In this document: piece after piece, positions 32,153-41,572 of the stretch | How positions within the stretch are numbered: position 1 is the first letter of the stretch | How the letters are laid out: every line of letters starts with the position of its first letter | Assembly (NCBI GenBank): GCA_918797485.1 | Contig: CAKKNE010000005.1 | Span: forward strand, 2,418,001 to 2,482,000 | Direction: 5' to 3' | Length of the DNA stretch: 64,000 bases | Origin: Pelagomonas calceolata | Taxonomy: Eukaryota | Notes under the pieces: generated by a model | Databases searched by the model: none | Told to the model about the DNA's origin: nothing | The model's input: the letters and a program-made list of their open reading frames with translations, nothing else | Position numbers and translations under genes: made by a program

Positions 32153-34274
32153 ATGTCATTCCGCGTCGGTTCTCGGGTGATCATAGTTGACACCGCGAAC
32201 GTCCTCGCCCGGTGCCCGGAGCTCGTCGGCAGCGTCGGTGCGGAGCCGCGTCCGTAACGCAACGACGCCGGAGACGCGCGGGGCGCCCCCTTCGCGCGTT
32301 TCGGCGGCCGCCGGTTCAAACCTACATATCAACGTCCTTGAGCGCAACTTGGCGCGGCGACGGCGGTCGAGCCGTCCGCGGGTCGGCCACCGCGACGCCG
32401 TCCTAGCGAGCGAGAGCCATAACGCGCCCCCCTGCCCCTGGGCGACCCGCGCCCGCCCGTTCGAGAAAGCCAGTTCAAACCCCCGCGTCCACGCAGGCGA
32501 GGTCACCAAGGTCCCCGAGCCGCCGTCCAAGTGGTACGACGTCCTCGTGACCGATGGCCGGACCATCCAGTTCCAGGCGAGTGCCTTACACGCCGCGACG
32601 TCGTCAAGAGCCGCGACCGCGGCTCAATATCGCGAAGGCGACGGCGAGGAGTCCGAGGAGGAGGTCCAGGCCGACAAGCAGAGCCATGCGCAGTCGCTGA
32701 AGCGAGGCACGCAGGTCGCTATTCATAGGACGGAGAACGTCCAGCAAAGAGCACCGCACCTCATCGGCCGCATCGGCACAATCAAGGAAGTGCCGCAGCA
32801 CCCGAACACGTGGTTCAAGGTCCAATTTGCGGACCGGCGCGTGTGTACTTTTAGACCGTCTGCTTTGAGAAGAGTGGCGAGCGGCGCCCAACGCTCGAGG
32901 AAAGGTTCGGATGACGACGAGCCTCAGCAGAAGCCTCGAGGTAGAGGCGCTAGATTATTGTCATCGGTCTTGACGGGTAGAGCCGTCGACGCTGAAAGGT
33001 GGGTGGGCACGCATGTTCGCGTGCGAGTTGGTCGATTGGGCGGTCAAGTCGGTAGAATTCTGAGGAGTGGCAACGGCTGGGTCCAGCTACGGACGGCGCG
33101 CGGCGAGATCGCCAAACGGGCTTATGAACTCGAGCTCGTCGACGAGAAGGACGCGGAGAGAGCTAATGACGACATCGAAGAGAGCAGTAAGCGGACGGAG
33201 TCCGCGACCGCCGCGAGGCAAGCCGCGGCGGCCAAAAGGAAAGAACAACAAGCGAAAGCTGAGAGAGCGGCGACGCGCGGTGCCTCGAAGGATGATGATG
33301 ATGAGGAGGAACCTAAAAGAAAGCCGAATCCCCGCAAGCCGCCGCCGCCGCCGCCGCCGCCTCCTACGACGCGAGGCGCGACGGCGGCCGTCGGTGGTGC
33401 GAACCGGCAGCCCCAGTTACTCGCGCGAGTGGCTCGAGGCGTCTCTTCGTCCGCGAAGCAAGCTGCTTATAGGGAAGGAGTTCGGAAGCACGTCGAGCGG
33501 GCCCGAGACCGGTATCGCGATAGACCCCATCTAGCCGAGTGGCTCGAGGCGCTCCAGGGCGGGCCCTGGGACGCGAACGAAAGCAATGGCGGCGCTTACC
33601 GGGACGCTTATCTATCTGGTTCAGATGACTCCGATGATGAAGCACCGTTGATGGGTCCTAGATGGTGCCGGAGAGCCGCGCGGAGGGATCGGTCGCAGCG
33701 ATTGGCCTTGGGGCCGCCGGGCTGCGTTTTATGCAGAGTCGCGAAGGATCCGCACGGGGCCTGCTGGAACTCCGCGTGTCCGGCGTCGCCCGTCTTCTGC
33801 GCTCCTTCTAAAGTCGAAGTGAAGAAAAAGCCGGCGTCCAAGAAGCGGAAGAAGGCCGCCGTCGAGGAGGAACAGCCCGTGGTGCAGAACACTGTTAGTA
33901 GATTACCAAAGCCCTCGCCGTTCGAATGCGGCCGCGACTCCACGATTCCGCCGATCAAGCTCGCGCGGAAGCGGGAAGAGGCGAGGACCGCCGAGGACTG
34001 CGCCGGCCCCGAGCCGGAAGAGGACTCGTTGCCGCCCGGTCCTGGTAAACGCGCAGAAGCGAAGGCCAAGGCGGCGCAAGAGGCCCAGGCCGCCGTCGAC
34101 GCCGCCGAAAAAGCCGCAGCTGAAAAGGAGGCGGCGAAAAAGGCGGCGGAGGCACCACTGCCGGCTCCTGCTCCTGCTGCTGCTGAGGAGGCGCCCGCCG
34201 CGGAGGCGCCGGCGCCGGCACCAGTGAAGGAGGACGTCGAGATGACGGACGCGCCGCCTGCTGCTGCGGCATAG
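32153..34274 (+). CDS. Protein with three KOW/SH3-like beta-barrel repeats (exons 32153-32237, 32497-34274)
   Basis: The spliced N-terminus MSFRVGSRVIIVDTANVLARCPELVGSVGEVTKVPEPPSKWYDV aligns with the internal GTQVAIHRTENVQQRAPHLIGRIGTIKEVPQHPNTWFKV. Also a Cys cluster CVLC...CWNSAC. Confidence 0.75.
32238..32496 (+). other. Spliceosomal intron, 259 nt GT-AG, phase 1
   Basis: G|GTGCGG...CACGCAG|GC; splicing completes the first repeat unit. Confidence 0.75.
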
Positions 34275-34581
34275 TTACCCCCTCGGCGTCGTAAGTCGAG
34301 GTTTCCCCTTACCTATCCTTCTGGGCGTTTGGCCGTGTGGGGGTGTCGGCCCCGTGTTGCTAGGAAGCGCCAGCTTGCAAACTAGAGACGTCTTCTGGAC
34401 ATAGCTAAGTGCATGGATAGCTGCGCGGGGTAGACTCGCGGGGGGCCGCAGCCAGCTCGATGACCGCAGTGCCATTGATGGCCATGCAGGTGGCGTCTCG
34501 CCGCAGGTATTAGTCAACAAAAGACATTGCAGTGATGCATGGCATACGTATAACCAGGATATGACAGCTTAGACATCTACG

Positions 34582-37092
34582 ATGCGTGTGCTACTTGCCA
34601 CCATCAGCCTTGCTGCAGGCTTTCAGCTGAGTACGGCGCCGCGGCAGCGCCAACCGCGACGGTTGGTCACTAAAGAAGCCGCACCGCACCGCAGCGATGC
34701 GCCGCCGGAATGCCAGCCGCGGAGGCCGCGCCGCGACGAGGCCGCCGCGCTGGCGCCACGCCACAGCGATGGGAGGCCAGAGATCGACCGCCGCAAGGCC
34801 CTCGCCGCCGCCGCGTGTGTTCTAGCAGCACCGGCCTACGCCGAGACGGAAGCCCGGGAGATCGTCAACGAGGTCATCCAGGAGCCTAGTAACATAGACA
34901 TCCTCGCGAACCCCGCGCTAGTGTGGAAGGTGGGGGACGCGGCCAAGACCTGCAGTTTAGCGAGGGTGCGCCGCGTCTTCCCGGGGCCCTTCGTGAACTA
35001 CTTGTCGAGGTTTTTGTTGGCTTACGATGATGGTTCGAGAGCGCTGTGGCGGGCGGAAAGTGCCGAAATACCTTTGTCTTGGAACGAGGGTAAGGTGCGA
35101 CGGAAGCGCGCGACGCAACTCGCGGCCTTCGCGTCGTCCGTGGAACGAGGTCTGTGTAGCTACGCCGAAAAAAGTACAACGGAAGACGGGCAGTTGAATA
35201 CTACGCCCCAGCTAGGTGTCCGACAACTACTTTCGTTGTTAAGATCGAGGTACGGCCGCCAAACGGACGCTCCAAGGCAATTAGCTCTATGCTTTTCTCT
35301 GTTAGAACCGCAATTGCAGCCGACGGAAGAAATAGCGATCCTGTCCGCTACTCACGAAAACGCGTCTGTGGTCTCGATAGAAGTGCTCGATGGAGGCTCA
35401 TTAGCGGCTGGTGACGTGGAGGCCGTTGGGAGGTTAGAACGAGCGACCTTACCGGCTCCTGCCGTGTTTTACGGGAGGAATCGGTTACGAGTCGGCGCGC
35501 GCTTGGCGCCGCCCAAACTCGTACCGACCGGAAAAGTGCTAGGCTTCAAGGTCGTGGAGCGGGGCTGCGGCCACACGACCCCCCCAGAAATTACGGTAGC
35601 GAGTATTGGTGGTTCGATACAAAGTAAAGAAGTAGCTAAGGGTCGCATAGGGAAAGATGGAGGTTTAGATAGTGTCGAGGCCGACGTGCCGCCCGAAGCG
35701 TTGGATTTTGCCGATGCGGTGAATGACTTGATTTTGAACGTTGCGGACCCGAAAGATAACAGCGCTTGTGGCACTTTAGCCAAGGTAGTACCGATCCTAG
35801 AATATCGAGTAGAATCGGTAGCGATCCTACCGAACCAGAATACGAACTACGGGTATACGACGGCCCAGCCTTTGGACCTGCAGTTTCCTTTCTATGACAA
35901 GTCTATTGAAATTTTAAGACCACCGATTGCCGTTGCTCGTACGGTACCAGCACCCGACAAGGAGTATGAAGGACCACCGTCCGCAGCGAGGTGGGCGCCG
36001 AGGGACGCCTCAGCCAAGGAGCTCACGGCACTACTAGGTCCAGGGCCTATTCCGAGGTGGGACGGCGAGCGCCACTCCTTTCCGCAAGTGGCTTTTGGTC
36101 GCATCGAAGAGGCTTCTCGAAGTATGCGGGCGGCCTTGGCTCCCGTGCGGAAGCCGTTACAGTTGACTTCCGGTCAATTAGTGAGACTAGGTGCCGCCGG
36201 TGCCGTCGCGAACGCCGCGACGCGAGCCGCCCTGAACCCCCTAGAACTGTCGAAAACGCGGGCCCAGGCCGCGGCCGCGTCCGGTATTGAGCTCCACGAC
36301 GACGACGTCTCCCCTTTCTTGGGCGTCGAGGCGACGGCGGCCTGTGGGGCTGCCTTGGGTACTTCCACGTTCGGGGTCTACGAGACCCTGCAAAGGGGCC
36401 TGCCTTCATTAGCAACTAGAGCATTCGGGCCGGCTTTCGCGACAGAGCAAGAACTAGCCCTGACGTTGATGTCTTCTGTGGGAGCTGTCATTGTCGCTGC
36501 GGCGTTATCTGCCCCCTTGGAAGCCGCAAAAGTGCGCCTCATGACGGGCAAAGCGGCGGGTCTGAAGGGTGCCTTGGACGCCGTCGCTACGGTGGATGGG
36601 GAAAGTCAACCAGCTAGACTGTGGGACGGCTTCGGGCCTTTGCTGGCGCGGGAGCTGCCCTTCACTGTATTCAAACTGACGGTGTACACGGCGGCGCAGT
36701 CGACGTTATTCCAATTACTGCCTGCGGCTCGGGAACGGCCGGTAGCCTCCTTTCTAGTTACGGTATTTTGTGGCGCGTTGGCCGGCGCCGTCGGCGCCTT
36801 CACGTCCGCGCCGGCCGACGCCGTCGTCACGGAGCTCGCGACCGGCAAGTACGGTCCCGACTGGAAGAAGGCGTTGGCGACGGTCGTCGGTGGTGATACT
36901 GTTAAGGAGACGATCCAGGGCGCGCCTAGGTTGTTCGCCGGCGCGGCGCAGCGCTGTCTGCTCTTCGCGGTCATCATCGCCGTCCAGTTGATCCTCTTCG
37001 ACTTCTTCCGCGACAAGCTGCAGGTCGCGCCGGAAGACCTGTCGCTGTCTTTGGATGTCTTCGCGGACCGGCTGTCCTTCTACACGAAGTAG
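34582..37092 (+). CDS. Plastid-targeted protein with C-terminal mitochondrial-carrier (SLC25) repeats and a large N-terminal domain
   Basis: Signal peptide AAG|FQ; twin-Arg IDRRKALAAAACVLAAPAYA; carrier motifs PLELSKTRAQ, PLEAAKVRLM, PADAVVT; LWDGFGPLLARELPFTVFK. Confidence 0.8.
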   Translation: MRVLLATISLAAGFQLSTAPRQRQPRRLVTKEAAPHRSDAPPECQPRRPRRDEAAALAPRHSDGRPEIDRRKALAAAACVLAAPAYAETEAREIVNEVIQEPSNIDILANPALVWKVGDAAKTCSLARVRRVFPGPFVNYLSRFLLAYDDGSRALWRAESAEIPLSWNEGKVRRKRATQLAAFASSVERGLCSYAEKSTTEDGQLNTTPQLGVRQLLSLLRSRYGRQTDAPRQLALCFSLLEPQLQPTEEIAILSATHENASVVSIEVLDGGSLAAGDVEAVGRLERATLPAPAVFYGRNRLRVGARLAPPKLVPTGKVLGFKVVERGCGHTTPPEITVASIGGSIQSKEVAKGRIGKDGGLDSVEADVPPEALDFADAVNDLILNVADPKDNSACGTLAKVVPILEYRVESVAILPNQNTNYGYTTAQPLDLQFPFYDKSIEILRPPIAVARTVPAPDKEYEGPPSAARWAPRDASAKELTALLGPGPIPRWDGERHSFPQVAFGRIEEASRSMRAALAPVRKPLQLTSGQLVRLGAAGAVANAATRAALNPLELSKTRAQAAAASGIELHDDDVSPFLGVEATAACGAALGTSTFGVYETLQRGLPSLATRAFGPAFATEQELALTLMSSVGAVIVAAALSAPLEAAKVRLMTGKAAGLKGALDAVATVDGESQPARLWDGFGPLLARELPFTVFKLTVYTAAQSTLFQLLPAARERPVASFLVTVFCGALAGAVGAFTSAPADAVVTELATGKYGPDWKKALATVVGGDTVKETIQGAPRLFAGAAQRCLLFAVIIAVQLILFDFFRDKLQVAPEDLSLSLDVFADRLSFYTK

Positions 37093-37179
37093 GCCGGAGT
37101 AACAATGTGTTAATCTTAGGCGTTCAACTTGAAGTTGTCTACTAGTAGGCGGGCCCGGGCGTTGTCTTCGCGGTGTCGG

Positions 37180-38698
37180 TTACAACAACGTATTTAGGAC
37201 CACTACACTCTCATGGCGCGCGTGGCGGTCCCGGAGGCGCTCGCGCTCGGTAGCAACCGCGAGCGCGCCCCGGAGGAGCGCCTCGAAGGCGTCGTTTCGT
37301 ATCGAGTCGTCGATCGAGTACTGCAGAGCCGGTGCGACGCCCGCGAGGTTCCGTCGCAGCTCGGCGATTTTCGCCTGCGGAATTCCGGCGAGATGCTTGA
37401 TGACATCAATCTCGCCGCGCTGCACGGCGGCGCCGTTCAGAACGACAAAGTGCTCGGGGAAGTTTCCCCGTTGCCAGGGCGCGACGCGGGCGAGCTGCTG
37501 AGAAAACACGACGGGGATGCATCCCGCAAGGGCGGCGTCGAAGACGCTCTTTCTGTAGGGCGAGTCGCCCCCTGGCTGCAGGCAGAACGTCGCGCGCATC
37601 ATCGTCCGGCGCAGGCCGGGCACGCAGCGCACGCCGCAGACCCGATGTCCCTCGTGCGGCACATGAGTTTCACAAGCGTCCGACGCTTCACAAAGGGCGG
37701 CGATCTTCGGCCGGAGGTACGAGAACGTGCCGTTGCGGTCACCGCCGACGTATGCAGCTAAAATCGGTCTAGAATGAGCGCCCCACGGTCTAGAATGAGC
37801 GCCCCAGGCGTGGACCGCCGCCGGGTACGGCACGCTAAATAAGTGCGGCGCGATACCTTGATCTGAGGAGATGCGGTCGCCGACCAATTGCTTCGCGAGG
37901 CGCGCGTCGTCAAAGGGGGCCGGACCATACGACGCCAGCGTGTGGGACCGCCCGTACTGGTCGCTGTAGGCCCAACGCGAAGCGCGAGCCAGCAACCCCT
38001 CCGGCCGCAGCCACCAGTACTTGCCTGTGTGGAAATCAAGCAGTGAGTCAGGTTATCAACCTGAACACCGTCGAGCAGACGCAGGAATGGAGGCATCCTC
38101 GTGTCGATGGCGTGGAAGCTCCACGCCATCGAACAGATGCAGTTACGGGGACGACGTCGCGTCGATGGCGTGGAGCATCTAAAATTTGATTTCCACACAG
38201 GTACTTGCAGTCGTGCTTGGGCACGACGTGGCCCTTGCCAACGATAAAGAAGTGCCGGTGCGCCGTCCTTTCGTTTAGGTAGGGGAGGTGCTTCACCTTG
38301 GCGTTCGCGGGATGACCGCAGGCTCGGTCCCAGGCCGGCAAACCTTTGGCTGCCGGCCACGTCGGCACGAAGTATAAATCAGCGTCTTTCGGGTCGTCGA
38401 CGGCGCCGCACCTTTCGGACGTGGCCAGCCGCCACAGTATCATTATAGCCAATGAGTACTGGTTCGTGTCGAACTCGTCTAATATGCCGTCATGACAGGG
38501 CGCGCCGAAGATCTGCGTGACGTTCGCCTTGTGGAGCTCCGGCCACGGTATCTCGTAGTCGTAGAGTTGCGGAATATCATAGACGTAGACGCGCGGGCAG
38601 TCGCTGTCGATGCGCGCCGGTCGCGCCGCGAATGATGGTAACAAAGGGAGGTCGCAGGTGTCCGCCGCGGCGAGGGCTAGCAGTAGGGCAGCCCTCAT
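37180..38698 (-). CDS. Exostosin/GT47-family glycosyltransferase (exons 38698-38209, 38024-37180)
   Basis: VYVYDIP, DTNQYSL, DPKDADLYFVP, RHFFI, ATFCLQPGGDSPYRKSVFDAALAGCIPVVF; the frame is restored by introner splicing (HDC-KYWWLR). Confidence 0.88.
38025..38200 (-). mobile_element. Introner element (non-autonomous TIR DNA transposon acting as an intron)
   Basis: Perfect 15-bp TIR CTGTGTGGAAATCAA/TTGATTTCCACACAG; 8-bp TSD GTACTTGC at 38017-38024 and 38201-38208; intron = 38025..38208, GC-AG. Confidence 0.9.
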
Positions 38699-39120
38699 GA
38701 GCTATGACTGCTGTGTGCTTGCATTATCGCATGGGCTCTTAACTCCTCCACACTGACCTCTTCCCTCTTGTGGGTCGTGAAGGCAGCCATGCGCATATAT
38801 TCCTCGCCTTTATTCCATTCGTACGTGCAATTCCAGGGCCGGAGCGCAAGCAAACTCGGCAAGAGCCCCGCACGAAAGAATTTAGACGGTGAGCACTCGT
38901 AGCACGATAGGCGAGGCCTCCCGCGCTGTGCACATCTGTAGCGCGAGCTGTCACTCCGGCGCTCTGTGGTGGCGCGTTGCACAGAGAGCATCTCTGGCAA
39001 AGGTCTGCAGCCCGGTTTTGGAACCGCGAGGGGACGCGTCGCAAAGGGAGCGGCTTCTGATCGGACCCTTCGTTGCATTAGTCTGACTCCCTCTGGGGCA
39101 GCCCTGGGACAGTAGTGCCA

Positions 39121-39930
39121 ATGGACAAAGAGCTGAGCACCAAACAAATCCTCTATGGCTCGCGAAGGCAGTATGTGGAGCGCGCCCCAAACCTGAACAT
39201 GGGCCACCACGGGCAGCATAAATGCTGGTCCATCTCGAAACGGCCGGAGCACATCAAGCCGCGGCGACGCGGCAACGCGGCGCGGACGAGGTACTGCACG
39301 CCCAGTACAAGAAGAAGGCCGTCAACGGCGCCGGCGGGCGGCCGCGCCAGCCTCGAGACGAATGCCACGGTCGTCACCGCCTCGACGCGGCCGAGCACGG
39401 CCGGCGCGCGCCGGCCGACGTGCCTCTTCGGCGCCACAAGGGCTTCAATGATGAAAAAAGAGCACTCGCACAAGTTCATGACCTTGAAGGGGAGCAGTCT
39501 GGGCCACAGCAACGACCTGTCGCTGTTCGAGCGGAAGGCTCTCGAAACACAAATGTTTCGCAAGGCGCAAGAAGCGAAAGCGCGCGCTAAGGCTCTCGCA
39601 GGGTTAGATTGGAAGAACCACGTCCTGGAGAAATGCGCGGGCTGCTGGATTTGGATGGATTATAAGTCCGGCATGGCGAACGCCGTCGAGGAAGTGCTCC
39701 CGCCGGGCACGAAGCCTGGGATAACGAGGGGGGAATTCCACAAGCATCACACGGATCCGAACAAGCCTCCGACGCCACGCAAACCGCCGCCACCGCTATC
39801 GTATGTGCCGGTAGGGATGACGGTCTACGACCGCGACGGCGGCTCCGACGCGTTCCGGGAATTCGAGGCACTCCTCGACCGCGACGCGAAGTCGAGGCGA
39901 CGGCCGCAGTCGGCGCCCGCTAGGAGGTAA
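39121..39930 (+). CDS. Hypothetical protein with WW-like motif (paralog of 39953..41032)
   Basis: ATG 39121; CAGCWIWMDYKSG, RPSTAP and RPQSAP motifs. Confidence 0.65.
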   Translation: MDKELSTKQILYGSRRQYVERAPNLNMGHHGQHKCWSISKRPEHIKPRRRGNAARTRYCTPSTRRRPSTAPAGGRASLETNATVVTASTRPSTAGARRPTCLFGATRASMMKKEHSHKFMTLKGSSLGHSNDLSLFERKALETQMFRKAQEAKARAKALAGLDWKNHVLEKCAGCWIWMDYKSGMANAVEEVLPPGTKPGITRGEFHKHHTDPNKPPTPRKPPPPLSYVPVGMTVYDRDGGSDAFREFEALLDRDAKSRRRPQSAPARR

Positions 39931-39952
39931 TAAAGTCAACAAACTTAGCACA

Positions 39953-41032
39953 TCACCGCGATGGCGAGAGGCGGCCGGACGCGGCCGCATCCTCGAGTAA
40001 GCGCTGCCTCCGCGGAGTGACCCCCAGCACCGTCCGGGTCTCGGCCCGCGCCTTGGTCCGACTCTCGGCCCGCGCCTTCGTCCGGCTCTCGCTCCGCGCC
40101 TTGGTCCGGGTCTCGCCCCGTGTCTTGGCCGTAGCGTCTGCGACCGCCGGCCGGCGACCGCCCGCCGGAGCGCTCTTCGGCCGCGGCAGCTTGCCCTGGT
40201 CGAGCAACGCGCACAGCTCCTCGTAGGGCGACGGCTCGTAGGCCACGTAGCCCGTGCCCAGCGGGATCGTCGAGTCCACCGACGCGTCATCGTCCAGGCC
40301 GCCCAGCGTCTCGTCGTCGAAGTACTTGCGGATTCTGCGGCGTGTAGAGTTACGATGACGCTCCTCCGCGTGCCATTTCTTGCACAGGCCGACGCTCGAC
40401 GCTTCGTCTTCTTTGATTTCAGGCGGCGGCGCCGCGCGTGCCTCGCCCGTATTCTGGTCGACCCAAAACCAGACGCCACATTGAAATTTGCGCACCCACT
40501 GCGGCGGCTTCGCAGCCTCCATCTTCCGATGTTGCTTCTGCACGAACTTGTGCGTGAACGCCTTCTGCCGCTCGACCTTCTGCACCTGCGCAAAGGCCAG
40601 GCGCTTGGCCACTGCGTGCACCGACTTCTTCGAGACGGCCTGGGCGAACTGCCGCGCCATCTGCTCCTTGCGCTGCTCTTTGCGCAGCTGCGCGTGCTGG
40701 GCGACGTCCGCCATCTGCAAGCCCGGCCTTCTGGCTGGCGATGATGGTGCGACGAGCGTGCCGAAGGCCGTCGTCCGTCTTGCTGGCGCGCTCGACGGCC
40801 GCTGTCGTTGCTGCGCGGCAACTAATGAAGCTGCCCGTTTGAACTTGTACTTGGGCGAGCAGAGCGTCCAGACCGGGGGCTTTGGCTTCTGGCCGTCCAG
40901 CGCAGCCAGCGGGTCGCCGCTCTGGCGCGTCGACTTGATTTCGGGCGTCGGGTCGCAGTGCCCGACGATGTGCTGCATGCGGCTGTGATACAACAAAACG
41001 CGCTCATGCTCGAAGCCGGAGTAGCGGCGCAT
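39953..41032 (-). CDS. Hypothetical protein with WW-like motif and 8-aa C-terminal repeats
   Basis: PPQWVRKFQCGVWFWVDQNTGEA; four K[AT]R[GSA]E[ST]RT units (24-bp repeat at about 40032-40127). Confidence 0.7.
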   Translation of the reverse strand: MRRYSGFEHERVLLYHSRMQHIVGHCDPTPEIKSTRQSGDPLAALDGQKPKPPVWTLCSPKYKFKRAASLVAAQQRQRPSSAPARRTTAFGTLVAPSSPARRPGLQMADVAQHAQLRKEQRKEQMARQFAQAVSKKSVHAVAKRLAFAQVQKVERQKAFTHKFVQKQHRKMEAAKPPQWVRKFQCGVWFWVDQNTGEARAAPPPEIKEDEASSVGLCKKWHAEERHRNSTRRRIRKYFDDETLGGLDDDASVDSTIPLGTGYVAYEPSPYEELCALLDQGKLPRPKSAPAGGRRPAVADATAKTRGETRTKARSESRTKARAESRTKARAETRTVLGVTPRRQRLLEDAAASGRLSPSR

Positions 41033-41572
41033 CGTGGTCCTGCGCGGTGGTGCGACCCTGTATACCGTGCTGCGAAGCGCCGTCGGCGTGCTGCTTTTGT
41101 GCCTTTTTGGGCAGCCTTGTTGATGCCGCTATCTGTAGCACCGCGCACCGAGAACAGCTGCCCGAATCGCTTCGGCCGCGTCCTGACGGCTACCCGTGGC
41201 ACCCGCGCGCGACCAACAGCACCGCGAGGGAAGTGCTGTGGTGGTCGAGCGCCGGCGCTCTGCGGCAGCATTTGGCGCTGGGCTGGAAACAAATTCCCTC
41301 GCGAGGACTCCTCGGAGCGCTCTCGAGCCCTCCACAAGCCTGGGGGATTCGCTTTTCCCCGCCCGTCGCGGCCCAGGACCGGCGGATAGCGCAGCGCACG
41401 ACTTGGCAAAACGGCTCGACCGCGGGCTCACGTCGGCCGGAGCGACGGTGGGAGGCAGCCACGCATCGCAAGCGCGTGCCAGCCCACGGACCGCAGTGGC
41501 GGAAAGGCAGCCAAGCGGCATAGCTAGCTAGCACCAGACCACCCCAGGAGAGAAAGGCAGCCCATCAAAAGG

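Noticed and set aside
38695..39252. 185-aa ORF ending in an ATGA overlap with the exostosin start
   Set aside because: It spans the divergent promoter region and overlaps the 39121 gene antisense; there are no recognisable motifs, so the overlap is probably chance.
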